A stretch of 64,000 bases of DNA from an uncultured Eubacteriales bacterium (GCA_900548115.1 URJL01000001.1:17818-81817), one strand, 5' to 3'; positions 54,781 through 63,976 are shown, counted from the stretch's first letter. Numbers and translations: made by a program. The notes: generated by a model from the sequence alone, not told the origin.

Positions 54781-55530
54781 ATGAAGCTTGACAGAATTAT
54801 TGCGGTACGCAACAACAAGACCGTTTACCGCGACGGAGACCTTTGCTATAAGGTGTTCAACGAAGACTTTTCCAAATCCGATATCCTGAACGAAGCGCTC
54901 AATCAGGCGCGTGTTGAAGAGACGGGACTGAATATCCCGAAGATCGAAGCGGTCACGAAGGTCGACGGAAAATGGACCATCGTTTCGGAATATATCGCGG
55001 GACAGACCCTTGCAAAGCTCATGCAGGACAATCCCGAACGCTACGACGAATATCTCGAAAAATTTGTCGACCTCCAGATCCTTATGCACTCCAAAACTTG
55101 CCCTATGCTGGGCAAGCTGAAGGATAAGATGAACCGCAAGATAAGTGAAACCGATCTTTCCGCAACGGTTCGTTACGACCTTCACACCCGTCTTGAGAGT
55201 ATGCCCAAGCACAACAAGCTCTGCCACGGCGACTTTAACCCCTCGAATATCATCGTGACCGACGACGGAACCATGTATATCCTCGACTGGTCGCATGCGA
55301 CGCAGGGCAACGCTTCCGCCGACGTTGCCAGAACCTATCTTCTCTTCTGGCTTGCGGGCGACATTTCGGGCGCCAAGAAATATCTCAATCTCTTCTGCGA
55401 AAAGAGCGACACCGCCATTCAGTATGTACAGAAATGGATGCCGATCGTTGCGGCTTCTCAGTCGGTCAAGGGCAACGAAGCCGAGCGCGAATTTCTGCAT
55501 TCGTGGATCGACGTTGTGGATTACGAATAA
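54781..55530 (+). CDS. APH/choline-kinase-fold phosphotransferase (putative protein kinase of the H2-sensing module)
   Basis: Catalytic loop HGDFNPSNIIV and Mg-binding ILDW (Brenner/APH motifs). Lies 14 nt after adhE. Confidence 0.7.
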   Translation: MKLDRIIAVRNNKTVYRDGDLCYKVFNEDFSKSDILNEALNQARVEETGLNIPKIEAVTKVDGKWTIVSEYIAGQTLAKLMQDNPERYDEYLEKFVDLQILMHSKTCPMLGKLKDKMNRKISETDLSATVRYDLHTRLESMPKHNKLCHGDFNPSNIIVTDDGTMYILDWSHATQGNASADVARTYLLFWLAGDISGAKKYLNLFCEKSDTAIQYVQKWMPIVAASQSVKGNEAEREFLHSWIDVVDYE

Positions 55531-55566
55531 GCCCGCCATAAAACAACAAAAACGGAGGACGACAGC

Positions 55567-55809
55567 ATGGTTATTACGGTTTGTATCGGTTCTTCCTGCC
55601 ACATCAAGGGCTCGCGGCAGGTGGTGGAACGGCTGCAATATCGCATAAGCGAAAGCGGGATCGGCGACAAGGTTGAGCTCGCCGGCACCTTCTGCATGGG
55701 AAAATGTCAGGAGGGTGTCTGTCTTACGCTGGACGACAAATTCTATTCGGTATCGCCCGAAACGGTCGATGAATTCTTTGACAAAAATGTACTCGGAGCG
55801 CTCTCATGA
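55567..55809 (+). CDS. Thioredoxin-like [2Fe-2S] ferredoxin-type small protein, copy 1
   Basis: 80 aa. Cys pattern C-x4-C...C-x3-C (CIGSSC...CMGKC) as in NuoE/HydC-type [2Fe-2S] domains. GGAGG RBS. Confidence 0.65.
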   Translation: MVITVCIGSSCHIKGSRQVVERLQYRISESGIGDKVELAGTFCMGKCQEGVCLTLDDKFYSVSPETVDEFFDKNVLGALS

Positions 55810-56066
55810 TTATACAGATCTGCGTGGGAAGCTCCTGCTATTTAAAAGGCTCGAAAGAGCTTGCGGAGCTGTTTCAAAAGGAAATCGAAGAGCGCTCCTT
55901 AAACGCGGATATCACACTTGCCGGCTGCTTTTGCACCGGCAAGTGCAATCGTGAGGGCGTTACGGTCATCGTGGACGATACGACCTATATCGGCGTGACC
56001 CCCGCAACTTTCCGCGAATTTTTTGAAGAGCATGTACGAAAACCCCTCTCGGCTGAAACCAATTGA
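55806..56066 (+). CDS. Thioredoxin-like [2Fe-2S] ferredoxin-type small protein, copy 2 (paralog of copy 1)
   Basis: 86 aa. CVGSSC...CTGKC. ATGA overlap with copy 1. Clearly paralogous (M.I..C.GSSC..KGS). Confidence 0.65.
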   Translation: MIIQICVGSSCYLKGSKELAELFQKEIEERSLNADITLAGCFCTGKCNREGVTVIVDDTTYIGVTPATFREFFEEHVRKPLSAETN

Positions 56067-56079
56067 AGGAGTGCGGAAC

Positions 56080-57756
56080 ATGACCAATTGTTTGACACTG
56101 AAAAAGTCCAATTGTAAAAACTGTTATAAATGTATACGTCATTGCCCGGTGAAATCGATTCGATTCTCGGGCAATCAGGCGTACATAATCAATAATGAAT
56201 GTATCCTCTGCGGTCACTGCTTTGTTGTCTGTCCCCAGAACGCAAAGCAAATCGTGGATGAGACCGAAAAAGTGAAGGTGCTGCTCAATACCGGGGATCC
56301 TGTATATGTGAGTCTTGCGCCTTCTTTCATTGCAAACTACGAAAACGTCGGCATCGAATCGATGCGAAAAGCCCTGAAAGAACTGGGCTTTTGCGACGTG
56401 GAGGAAACGGCGATCGGCGCCACCATCGTCAAGAACGAATACGAACGGATGTTAAACGAAGAAGAACGCGATGTGCTCATTTCCTCGTGCTGTCATTCGG
56501 TCAATCTCTTGGTGCAGAAGTATTTTCCGAGTGTTCTTCCGAGTCTTGCCGACACCGTGTCGCCCATGCAGGCGCACTGTCTGGACATCAAGCGCCGCCA
56601 TCCCGACGCCAAGACCGTCTTTATCGGTCCGTGCGTCGCCAAAAAAGACGAAGCCGAGCATTACGAGGGCATTGTCGATGCCGTTCTGACTTTTGACGAG
56701 CTGACAAGCTGGCTGAAAGAAAAAAAGATCGAGCTTGAGCCGAATGTCGACCGCAACGACGCCTCACGCGCACGCTTTTTTCCGACGACGGGCGGCATTT
56801 TAAAGACCATGAAGCAGGACAACCCGAAGTACACCTACATGGCGATCGACGGGATCGACAACTGCATCGAAGCTCTGCGCGACATCGAAAGCGGAAAGAT
56901 CCATCACTGCTTTATCGAAATGTCCGCCTGTGCGGGCAGCTGCGTGGGCGGTCCCGTTATGGAAAAATTTCACAGTTCGCCCGTGCGGGATTATATGGCG
57001 GTCGCCCATTATGCGGGTGAGCACGATTTTGCGGTCGAAACGCCCGAGAGCTATACACTGAAAAAGGGCTTCACCGTCATCGAGCGCGACGCAAAAGCGC
57101 CGACCGAGGCGGAGATCACCGAGGTTCTGCACCAAATGGGCAAATTCAAACTCGGCGACGAGTTGAACTGCGGTTCGTGCGGCTACAACACCTGCCGCGA
57201 AAAGGCGGCGGCGATCTTGCAGGGTAAGGCGGAGATCTCCATGTGCCTGCCCTATTTAAAGGACAAAGCCGAGAGCTTTTCGGACAATATCGTCAACAAC
57301 ACACCCAACGGGCTTATGGTCTTGAACGAAAAGCTGGAGGTTCAGCAGATCAACGCGGCGGCGCTGCACATCGTCAATCTGCGCGACGCGCGCGATATTT
57401 TGGGCGATCAGGTCATCCGCATTCTCGACCCCTCTCTTTTCGTGAGCGTACTCAATACGGGACGCCCCGTGCGCAACAAGCGCGTCTACCTTGCCGAATA
57501 TGAGCGCTATGTCGAGCAGACGGTCGTTTTCGATAAGGAATACCGCCTTCTCATCTGCATTATGCGCGATATCACCGAGGAAGAAAATGCACGGGAACAT
57601 AAAGAGGCAATCAGCCGTCAAACGGTTGAGATCGCCGATAAGGTCGTCGACAAACAGATGCGCATCGTTCAGGAGATCGCGTCGCTTCTCGGCGAAACGG
57701 CGGCGGAAACCAAAATTGCGCTCACCAAATTGAAGGAGACCATCACCGATGAATAA
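56080..57756 (+). CDS. Sensory-type [FeFe]-hydrogenase-like protein with C-terminal PAS domain (HydS/HfsB-like)
   Basis: Two N-terminal [4Fe-4S] motifs (CKNCYKCIRHCP, CILCGHCFVVCP). Variant H-cluster motifs SSCCHS, GPCVAKKDE and EMSACAGSCVGGP. PAS-like C-terminus (NTPNGLMVLNEKLEVQQINAAA...). ATG at 56080 after GAAGGAG. Confidence 0.85.
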   Translation: MTNCLTLKKSNCKNCYKCIRHCPVKSIRFSGNQAYIINNECILCGHCFVVCPQNAKQIVDETEKVKVLLNTGDPVYVSLAPSFIANYENVGIESMRKALKELGFCDVEETAIGATIVKNEYERMLNEEERDVLISSCCHSVNLLVQKYFPSVLPSLADTVSPMQAHCLDIKRRHPDAKTVFIGPCVAKKDEAEHYEGIVDAVLTFDELTSWLKEKKIELEPNVDRNDASRARFFPTTGGILKTMKQDNPKYTYMAIDGIDNCIEALRDIESGKIHHCFIEMSACAGSCVGGPVMEKFHSSPVRDYMAVAHYAGEHDFAVETPESYTLKKGFTVIERDAKAPTEAEITEVLHQMGKFKLGDELNCGSCGYNTCREKAAAILQGKAEISMCLPYLKDKAESFSDNIVNNTPNGLMVLNEKLEVQQINAAALHIVNLRDARDILGDQVIRILDPSLFVSVLNTGRPVRNKRVYLAEYERYVEQTVVFDKEYRLLICIMRDITEEENAREHKEAISRQTVEIADKVVDKQMRIVQEIASLLGETAAETKIALTKLKETITDE

Positions 57757-58921
57757 TTTATGCGCGGAGATCGGCTATAAAAGCATAAATCATGAAGGCG
57801 AACAGCTCTGCGGCGACCATGTGGATGTTGTGGAGCAGGGCGAGGACTCTACGGTGATCGTGCTGGCGGACGGTCTCGGAAGCGGTGTGAAGGCAAGTAT
57901 TTTATCGACCCTTACGTCGAAAATCATCTCCACCATGATGGCGGCGGGACTGTCACTCGAGGAATGCGTTTCCACCATCGCGGCGACGCTTCCCATCTGC
58001 AGTGTGCGGGGTGTTGCATACTCGACCTTCACCATCATTCATCTTTTGCATAACACGCAGGCGGAGCTGATCCAGTACGACAATCCGCACGTGATCCTTT
58101 TGCGCGATAACCAAAACTTCGATTATCCCAAGACCGAGCTGAACATCGGCGGGAAAAAGGTGTACAAATCGGTGATTTTTCTCAAAGAAAACGACACCTT
58201 TATCGCTATGAGCGACGGCTGTCCGCACGCGGGCATCGGACTTGCGTATAATTTCGGCTGGAAGCGGGAGGAGATCATCGAATTTCTCGAACCGCTGACT
58301 TACAGCGATTTTACCGCCAAGACCCTTGCCACCATTCTGATCGACGAGGTGAACAAGCTGTACGGCGAAAAGCCGGGCGACGACGCGACGGCGTGCGTTG
58401 TGCGGATACGCAAACGCGCCCCCGTCAATATTCTGTTCGGACCGCCCTCCAATCGGGACGATGTGAACCGCATGATGTCGCTCTTTTTCTCGAAAGAGGG
58501 AAAGCACATTATCTGCGGCGGCACGACCTCTTCGATCGCGGCAAAATATCTCGGAAAGCCCCTGAAGCCGAGCCTTTCCTTTGAAAGCTCGGACATTCCG
58601 CCGACAGCGGAGCTGGAGGGCGTCGATCTTGTGACCGAGGGCGTTATCACCGTCAACAAGGTCGTGGAATATGCAAAGGATTATTTAAAGGACAACGAAA
58701 GCTACACTCACTGGGGATATAAGCGCGACGGAGCATCGCTCATCTGCCGCCTTTTGTTTGAGGAGGCAACCGATATCAATTTTTATGTCGGACGCGCCGT
58801 CAATCCCGCCCATCAAAACCCCGATCTTCCGATCAATTTCAACATCAAGATGAATCTGGTCGAGGAGCTTTCCGGGTGTCTGCGTCAAATGGGCAAACGA
58901 ATCAAGGTCAGCTATTTTTAA
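57749..58921 (+). CDS. SpoIIE/PP2C-family serine phosphatase
   Basis: CGDHVDVVE...VIVLADGLGSGVKAS and a later MSDGCPHAG fit PPM-type phosphatases. The start overlaps the HydS stop by 8 nt. Confidence 0.8.
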   Translation: MNNLCAEIGYKSINHEGEQLCGDHVDVVEQGEDSTVIVLADGLGSGVKASILSTLTSKIISTMMAAGLSLEECVSTIAATLPICSVRGVAYSTFTIIHLLHNTQAELIQYDNPHVILLRDNQNFDYPKTELNIGGKKVYKSVIFLKENDTFIAMSDGCPHAGIGLAYNFGWKREEIIEFLEPLTYSDFTAKTLATILIDEVNKLYGEKPGDDATACVVRIRKRAPVNILFGPPSNRDDVNRMMSLFFSKEGKHIICGGTTSSIAAKYLGKPLKPSLSFESSDIPPTAELEGVDLVTEGVITVNKVVEYAKDYLKDNESYTHWGYKRDGASLICRLLFEEATDINFYVGRAVNPAHQNPDLPINFNIKMNLVEELSGCLRQMGKRIKVSYF

Positions 58922-58943
58922 CGCGAAAGGGTAAAAGGGCAGA

Positions 58944-60368
58944 ATGAGAAAGTTTGATACAAAGGTACAATACCTGAAATATAAGGTACTGCGCGAGGTG
59001 GCGCGAGAGGAATGGAACGGCACGCTGAAAGAAAACATGCTTGCCATTCCGAAGCGCATCGTTCCCGGCAACACGCCGACCATGCGCTGCTGCGTCTATA
59101 AGGAACGCGCGATCCTTGCCGACCGTGTACAGCTTGCCATGGGCGGCGACCGCGAAAATCCCAATGTGATCGAAGTTATTGAAACCGCGTGCGACGAATG
59201 CCCGATGGGCGGCTATGAGGTGACCAACTCCTGCCGCGGATGTCTTGCCAACCGTTGCGAGGACGTCTGTAAGCGCGGCGCGATCTCGTTCGATGTGAAT
59301 CATGTGGCGCATATCGACAAATCGAAGTGCGTCGACTGCGGTGCCTGCGCGAGTGTCTGTCCCTTTTCCGCTATCGTCAACCGCAAGCGTCCGTGTCAGA
59401 ACGCCTGCAAGATCAAGGCGATCTCCATGAACGAAAACAAGGCGGCAAAGATCGACAACGAAAAATGCATCGCCTGCGGCGCGTGCGTTTATCAGTGCCC
59501 CTTCGGAGCGCTGATGGACAAGTCGTATATCCTCGACTGCATCCGCCTGATCAAGGAAAGCGAAAACAACACGAAATATCGCGTCTATGCCGTCGTCGCG
59601 CCGTCGATCTCCAGTCAATTTACCTATGCAAAGCTGGGACAGGTCATCAGCGGAATGAAAGAAATGGGCTTTTATACCGTCATTGAAGCGGCTCTCGGAG
59701 CCGATATGGTGGCAAACGCCGAATCGCGCGAGCTTTACGAAAAAGGCTTTCTTACCAGCTCCTGCTGTCCCGCTTTCGTGGCGTATGTGCACAAGAATTT
59801 TCCGAATCTTGTCGAATATATTTCGCACAACCTCTCGCCGATGGCGACCATCTCCAAGTACATAAAGGAGCGCCACGAGGGTTCAAAGGTCGTCTTTATC
59901 GGTCCGTGTACCGCCAAGAAGATGGAGGTGCAGAAAGAGGAAATAAAGCCGTATGTCGACGCCTGTCTTACGTTTGAGGAGCTTCAGGCGCTGTTTGACA
60001 GCCGCGATATCGACATTACGACCCTTCCCGAGGACGTTCTCGACAACGCTTCGTATTTCGGGCGCATCTTTGCCCGCAGCGGCGGACTTTCTGACGCGGT
60101 GAAGCAGGGACTTGCCGAGCAGAACCTCACGGATTTCGAACTCAAAGCGATTCCGTGCGACGGTATCGAAGCGTGCCGCGTCGCCCTTTTGAAGAAGAAC
60201 AAAAACGTTTTGGACGCCAATTTCATCGAGGGCATGGCGTGCGTCGGCGGCTGTATCGGCGGCGCGGGCTGTCTCACCCACGGCGAAAAGAACCGGGCGG
60301 AGGTCGACAAGTACGGACGCGAAGCGTTTGAAAAGACCATCACCGACGCGATCGCGGTACTGAAATAA
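58944..60368 (+). CDS. [FeFe]-hydrogenase catalytic subunit (monomeric, ferredoxin-like N-terminal clusters)
   Basis: H-cluster motifs TSSCCPAF (L1), GPCTAKKME (L2) and EGMACVGGCIGGAGC (L3). N-terminal CVDCGACASVCP and CIACGACVYQCP. Confidence 0.9.
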   Translation: MRKFDTKVQYLKYKVLREVAREEWNGTLKENMLAIPKRIVPGNTPTMRCCVYKERAILADRVQLAMGGDRENPNVIEVIETACDECPMGGYEVTNSCRGCLANRCEDVCKRGAISFDVNHVAHIDKSKCVDCGACASVCPFSAIVNRKRPCQNACKIKAISMNENKAAKIDNEKCIACGACVYQCPFGALMDKSYILDCIRLIKESENNTKYRVYAVVAPSISSQFTYAKLGQVISGMKEMGFYTVIEAALGADMVANAESRELYEKGFLTSSCCPAFVAYVHKNFPNLVEYISHNLSPMATISKYIKERHEGSKVVFIGPCTAKKMEVQKEEIKPYVDACLTFEELQALFDSRDIDITTLPEDVLDNASYFGRIFARSGGLSDAVKQGLAEQNLTDFELKAIPCDGIEACRVALLKKNKNVLDANFIEGMACVGGCIGGAGCLTHGEKNRAEVDKYGREAFEKTITDAIAVLK

Positions 60369-60384
60369 TCGGTTTGATCGTGCA

Positions 60385-60420
60385 AAAGAGCCGCCGACTT
60401 TTTGTCGGCGGCTCTTTTTG
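60385..60420 (+). terminator. Rho-independent terminator after the hydrogenase gene
   Basis: 14-bp stem AAAGAGCCGCCGAC / GTCGGCGGCTCTTT with a TTTTT loop and a T-run. Confidence 0.85.
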
Positions 60421-60463
60421 TCCGCTTGCCTTTTTCCGCGAACCTGTATTTGAGTGCGCATTC

Positions 60464-60495
60464 GGAACGGGCGGCAAAATTTTGCCGCCCGTTCC
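60464..60495. other. 32-nt perfect palindrome (probable terminator hairpin for the minus-strand mgtC operon)
   Basis: GGAACGGGCGGCAAAATTTTGCCGCCCGTTCC, about 37 nt downstream of the mgtC-like stop. No clean U-tract. Confidence 0.5.
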
Positions 60496-60531
60496 CCGTG
60501 TCGGAAACGCGTTTCCCTTTTTCCGTTTACC

Positions 60532-61245
60532 TTACCCGCGCATTTCCTCGATATGATATACATAAGAAAGCGTTTTGAGCGCTTCGATTATCTCGCTGTG
60601 CGTCTTATATTTTTTCAATTCGGCGCTGCTGATCGAAATGGCGATGGTATACACGCTCAGCCCCGAATTGATATAAGCGGGATTGGATTCGATATCGTCG
60701 ATCGTCAGTCCGAGCCGACGGATGGTCGTGACAAAATCCTGTAAATTGCTGCTGCTTTTCAGCTCCAGATGCACCTCGAAATGATTCGAGCGGTTTTTGA
60801 GATAAACCTCGAAGCGCGGGAAGACCGAAAGGCAGAAAAGAAGCGCCACGAACGAGAAGAGCGTTACGGTATAATATCCCGCTCCGCAGCAAAGTCCGAT
60901 GATTCCGTTTGCCCAAAGTCCGACCGAGGTGGTCAGTCCCTTGATCTGATTGCGCGAGCTGAACAGCATGGAATTGACGCTGATGATCGCCGTCGCGATA
61001 ACCGTCGCCGCCGAGATCATGTAAAGCTGAGCACCCAATCCCGAGAGGTAAATATCGAGCATCATGGCACAGGTCGAGGCGAGCGACACCAAAATAAAGG
61101 TACGCAACCCCGCCGAATGCCGCTTGCTCGAGCGTTCGCATCCGATGACGGCGGAAAGGGTCACCGAGAGACAAATGCGAAGCAGAATGCTTCCGAATCC
61201 GATCTCCTCCGTCCATGTGCCGAGATAGCTTGCTATGGGATCCAT
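60532..61245 (-). CDS. MgtC/SapB-family membrane protein with C-terminal ACT-like domain
   Basis: N-terminal block LRICLSVTLSAVIGCERSSKRHSAGLRTF is the MgtC signature (GxER...AGxRT). Confidence 0.85.
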   Translation of the reverse strand: MDPIASYLGTWTEEIGFGSILLRICLSVTLSAVIGCERSSKRHSAGLRTFILVSLASTCAMMLDIYLSGLGAQLYMISAATVIATAIISVNSMLFSSRNQIKGLTTSVGLWANGIIGLCCGAGYYTVTLFSFVALLFCLSVFPRFEVYLKNRSNHFEVHLELKSSSNLQDFVTTIRRLGLTIDDIESNPAYINSGLSVYTIAISISSAELKKYKTHSEIIEALKTLSYVYHIEEMRG

Positions 61246-61271
61246 ATCGATTCCTCCTTTGTTTTCCCGTT

Positions 61272-62714
61272 TTAACGATTGCCGAAATGTCTCTGCCGCG
61301 GACGATAGGTAAGATCGTATTGCTCCTCCGCCGCGCGAGTGAATTCTTTTTCCTCCTCCGATTCGATATGAGGCGGAAGCTCCTCCTGAATTTTTTGAAT
61401 CCGTTCGATCAAAAGCTCGAGCGAGCTCTTCTTTTCGCCCGTTTCGGTCACCTCCTCCACCTCCGTAAGATCTTCAAGCTTTGTGGAATACGATTTGGAA
61501 AGATACAGCGACAGCTTTGCGCACGGCGGACCGATGAGTTCATACAGAACGCTGGACGCGAGAATAATCGTTTCCAGTGCCGCGCCCGTTTCTCCGCCGA
61601 GCGTCCGCGCGCCGAGCGCCGCAAGACCGATGGCGACCCCCGCCTGCGGGATAAGCGCAAGACCGAGATAATTGCGCACCTCTTTCGGCTTTTTGACCGC
61701 CATGCATCCGAGAAAAGCGCCGCCGTATTTGCCGACGATGCGGGCAATAAAATAGCAAACGCCGATTAACAGCAGCGGGAAATCGCCCACCGCGTCGGAC
61801 GGGTCAAAAAGCGAACCCAAATCGAAGCTGAGACCCGAGCGGACGAAAAATAAAAGCAGAAGCGGCGGGCTGAAATAATTCAGCTGCTTGAACAGCTTGT
61901 CGTCGTCGGTGATGTTGATATACACCGTTCCCATCGACATACAGCCGAGAAGAGGCGAAACGTCCATAAGCGCGCAGATGCCGCAGAAGGCAAAAAGCAG
62001 CGCGATCGAAACGATAAGACGGTTGTCGGTGCCGTGCTTGTAAAGCATACCCTTCATGATAAATCCGAAAAGACAGCCGAGCAAAAGAACACCGAGGTTG
62101 ATGCCGATCGGCTTTGCCACCGAAAGAAGGCTGAACGCCTCGCCCGAAATTGACGCCGATGCAAGCGAAATGCACAATCCGTACGCCACCAGCGCTACAA
62201 TATCGTCGAGCGCCACCACCTGCAAAAGCGTATTGACAAAATCGCCCTTCGCCCCCGTCTGCCGAATGGTCATAACGGTCGAGGCGGGCGCGGTCGCCGA
62301 CGCAAGCGCCGCGAGAACCAGCGAAAAGGCAAGGTTTACCCGCAAAATAAAATACGTTACGATAAAGACGACCAGCGACGCCAAAAGCGCCTCGGCGATC
62401 GTGATGACGATGACCTTCGCGCCGTTTTTCTTCAAGGTGTCGAAACGGAAAAACTCACCTGTCCCGAACGCGATAAAGGCAAGCGCGATGTCGGCGAGAA
62501 AAGACATGCCGTCGATAACGTGCTTCGGAACAAGATTCAGACAATACGGACCGATTAAGATTCCCGCCAATATGTACGCCGTTACGTTCGGAAGTTTCAG
62601 CCGTTTGGTGACGCGCGTTAAAAGAAAGCCGAAAAACAGCATAAAAGCAACGGAAATAATAACCGTCGCCACCGACGACGTCGACTGTATTTTTTGTGAC
62701 AGTTCATGAAACAT
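61272..62714 (-). CDS. Cation:proton antiporter (CPA2/Kef-type Na+/H+ exchanger family) with acidic C-terminal tail
   Basis: N-terminus LPNVTAYILAGILIGPYCLNLV and about 12 TM segments. No KTN domain is visible; the tail is a Glu-rich region of about 70 aa. GGGGGAG RBS. Confidence 0.85.
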   Translation of the reverse strand: MFHELSQKIQSTSSVATVIISVAFMLFFGFLLTRVTKRLKLPNVTAYILAGILIGPYCLNLVPKHVIDGMSFLADIALAFIAFGTGEFFRFDTLKKNGAKVIVITIAEALLASLVVFIVTYFILRVNLAFSLVLAALASATAPASTVMTIRQTGAKGDFVNTLLQVVALDDIVALVAYGLCISLASASISGEAFSLLSVAKPIGINLGVLLLGCLFGFIMKGMLYKHGTDNRLIVSIALLFAFCGICALMDVSPLLGCMSMGTVYINITDDDKLFKQLNYFSPPLLLLFFVRSGLSFDLGSLFDPSDAVGDFPLLLIGVCYFIARIVGKYGGAFLGCMAVKKPKEVRNYLGLALIPQAGVAIGLAALGARTLGGETGAALETIILASSVLYELIGPPCAKLSLYLSKSYSTKLEDLTEVEEVTETGEKKSSLELLIERIQKIQEELPPHIESEEEKEFTRAAEEQYDLTYRPRQRHFGNR

Positions 62715-62853
62715 ACGGTATGCTCTCCCCCTTTTTTCAAATTTTTAAAAATCAGAGCTTGCCAAAATGTATATTCTATGATACACTGTTTATGCATAAA
62801 GTCAAGTTATATTTATTTTGTATAGGATAAATTTTTGTTATGGAGGTGCTTTT

Positions 62854-63753
62854 ATGCTGGATGTTAAACTCACAACGCTTCTGACAGTCGCGGAGGAAAA
62901 AAATTTCACCCGCGCCGCCGCGAAGCTCTCCCTCACCCAGCCGGCGGTAAGCGGGCATATCCGCATGCTCGAAAAAGAGCTGAACGTCCGGATCTTTAAC
63001 CGCGGAGCGGGCGAACTGGTGCTGACGGCAGAGGGAGAGATCGTCGTACGGTACGCCGCGCGTCTGCGGGCGGTCTATGCCAAAATGCTCCAGACGCTCG
63101 CCGACAGCGAACGTCACGTAACCCGTCTTCGCATCGGCATAACCCACACGGCGGAGAGCAATCTGATCACCGAGGTTTTGGCAAAATACGGCAGTCAAAA
63201 CAAGAACGTTACCATAACGATTATAACGGATACCATAAATAATCTTTATAGCATGATGGAGACCTATCAGCTGGATCTTGCCATTATGGAGGGCAAACCG
63301 CAGAATCCTTCGCTGAATTATCTCATGCTCGATACCGATTATCTTGTGTGTGTGCTCCCCGTTCACCACAAGCTTGCCTCCCGTACAATGGTTACGCTGA
63401 ACGAACTGAAAAACGAGCAGATGATTCTGCGTCTTCCCTCCTCCGGCACGCGAAAGCTTTTCGAGGCGGCACTGACGGGAATCAACGAGAGCATCGATTC
63501 CTTCAATATCGCCCTTGAGGTCGACAACATCGCAACCATAAAGGATCTGATCCGAAAGGAACTGGGCGTTTCCATCCTGCCGAAGAGCGCCTGTATGGAT
63601 GAACTGAAGAAAGGCAAGATCGCCGCGCTTCCCATCGAGAACCTGAGCATGCTGCGCGAAATGAATCTGGTCTACAGCCGCGATTTTTCCCACGTGGAAA
63701 TCCTGACCGACATCATCCGACTGTATCACGATTCCGCCAAGATCTACAACTGA
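62854..63753 (+). CDS. LysR-family transcriptional regulator
   Basis: HTH LTTLLTVAEEKNFTRAAAKLSLTQPAVSGHIRMLE. Divergent from the antiporter-mgtC operon. ATG at 62854 after GGAGG. Confidence 0.85.
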   Translation: MLDVKLTTLLTVAEEKNFTRAAAKLSLTQPAVSGHIRMLEKELNVRIFNRGAGELVLTAEGEIVVRYAARLRAVYAKMLQTLADSERHVTRLRIGITHTAESNLITEVLAKYGSQNKNVTITIITDTINNLYSMMETYQLDLAIMEGKPQNPSLNYLMLDTDYLVCVLPVHHKLASRTMVTLNELKNEQMILRLPSSGTRKLFEAALTGINESIDSFNIALEVDNIATIKDLIRKELGVSILPKSACMDELKKGKIAALPIENLSMLREMNLVYSRDFSHVEILTDIIRLYHDSAKIYN

Positions 63754-63831
63754 CCTACGTTCTGCTCTCGGCGCTCCGAAGAGCTTGTGCGAACAGAGCG
63801 TTAATAATCTGTTATCGTTTCGGTATGGCTC

Positions 63832-63860
63832 TTGACAGCGAGCGTTTTTGGGATTAAAAT
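63832..63860 (+). promoter_or_regulatory. Sigma-70-type promoter (-35 TTGACA, 17 nt spacer, -10 TAAAAT) upstream of the partial glmM-like gene
   Basis: TTGACAGCGAGCGTTTTTGGGATTAAAAT. Confidence 0.5.
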
Positions 63861-63976
63861 AATCATGATATGTCATTTTTCTTGCACAATTATAACAAAA
63901 AAGCAAAGAATCGCAAATTTCCGCGCTATCCTCATAATTCTAAAACAGAAACGGACTTATTCCGAAAGGAGTCACT

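Noticed and set aside
52152-54818. 888-aa ORF antisense to adhE. Similar long antisense or alternate-frame ORFs occur at 202-1434(-), 6288-7862(-), 10006-11517(+), 19326-20468(-), 20574-21560(-), 21691-23046(-), 25787-26722(-), 27159-28079(-), 28180-29280(-), 29945-31654(+), 36379-37530(+), 37645-39192(+), 42211-43173(+), 45107-46156(-), 47486-48877(-), 58908-59876(-) and 62776-63906(-).
   Set aside because: Each lies opposite to, or out of frame with, a gene that has unmistakable conserved motifs. Their translations are Arg/Gly/Ala/Val-rich low-complexity sequence with no motifs and no RBS. Long shadow ORFs are expected in GC-rich coding DNA.
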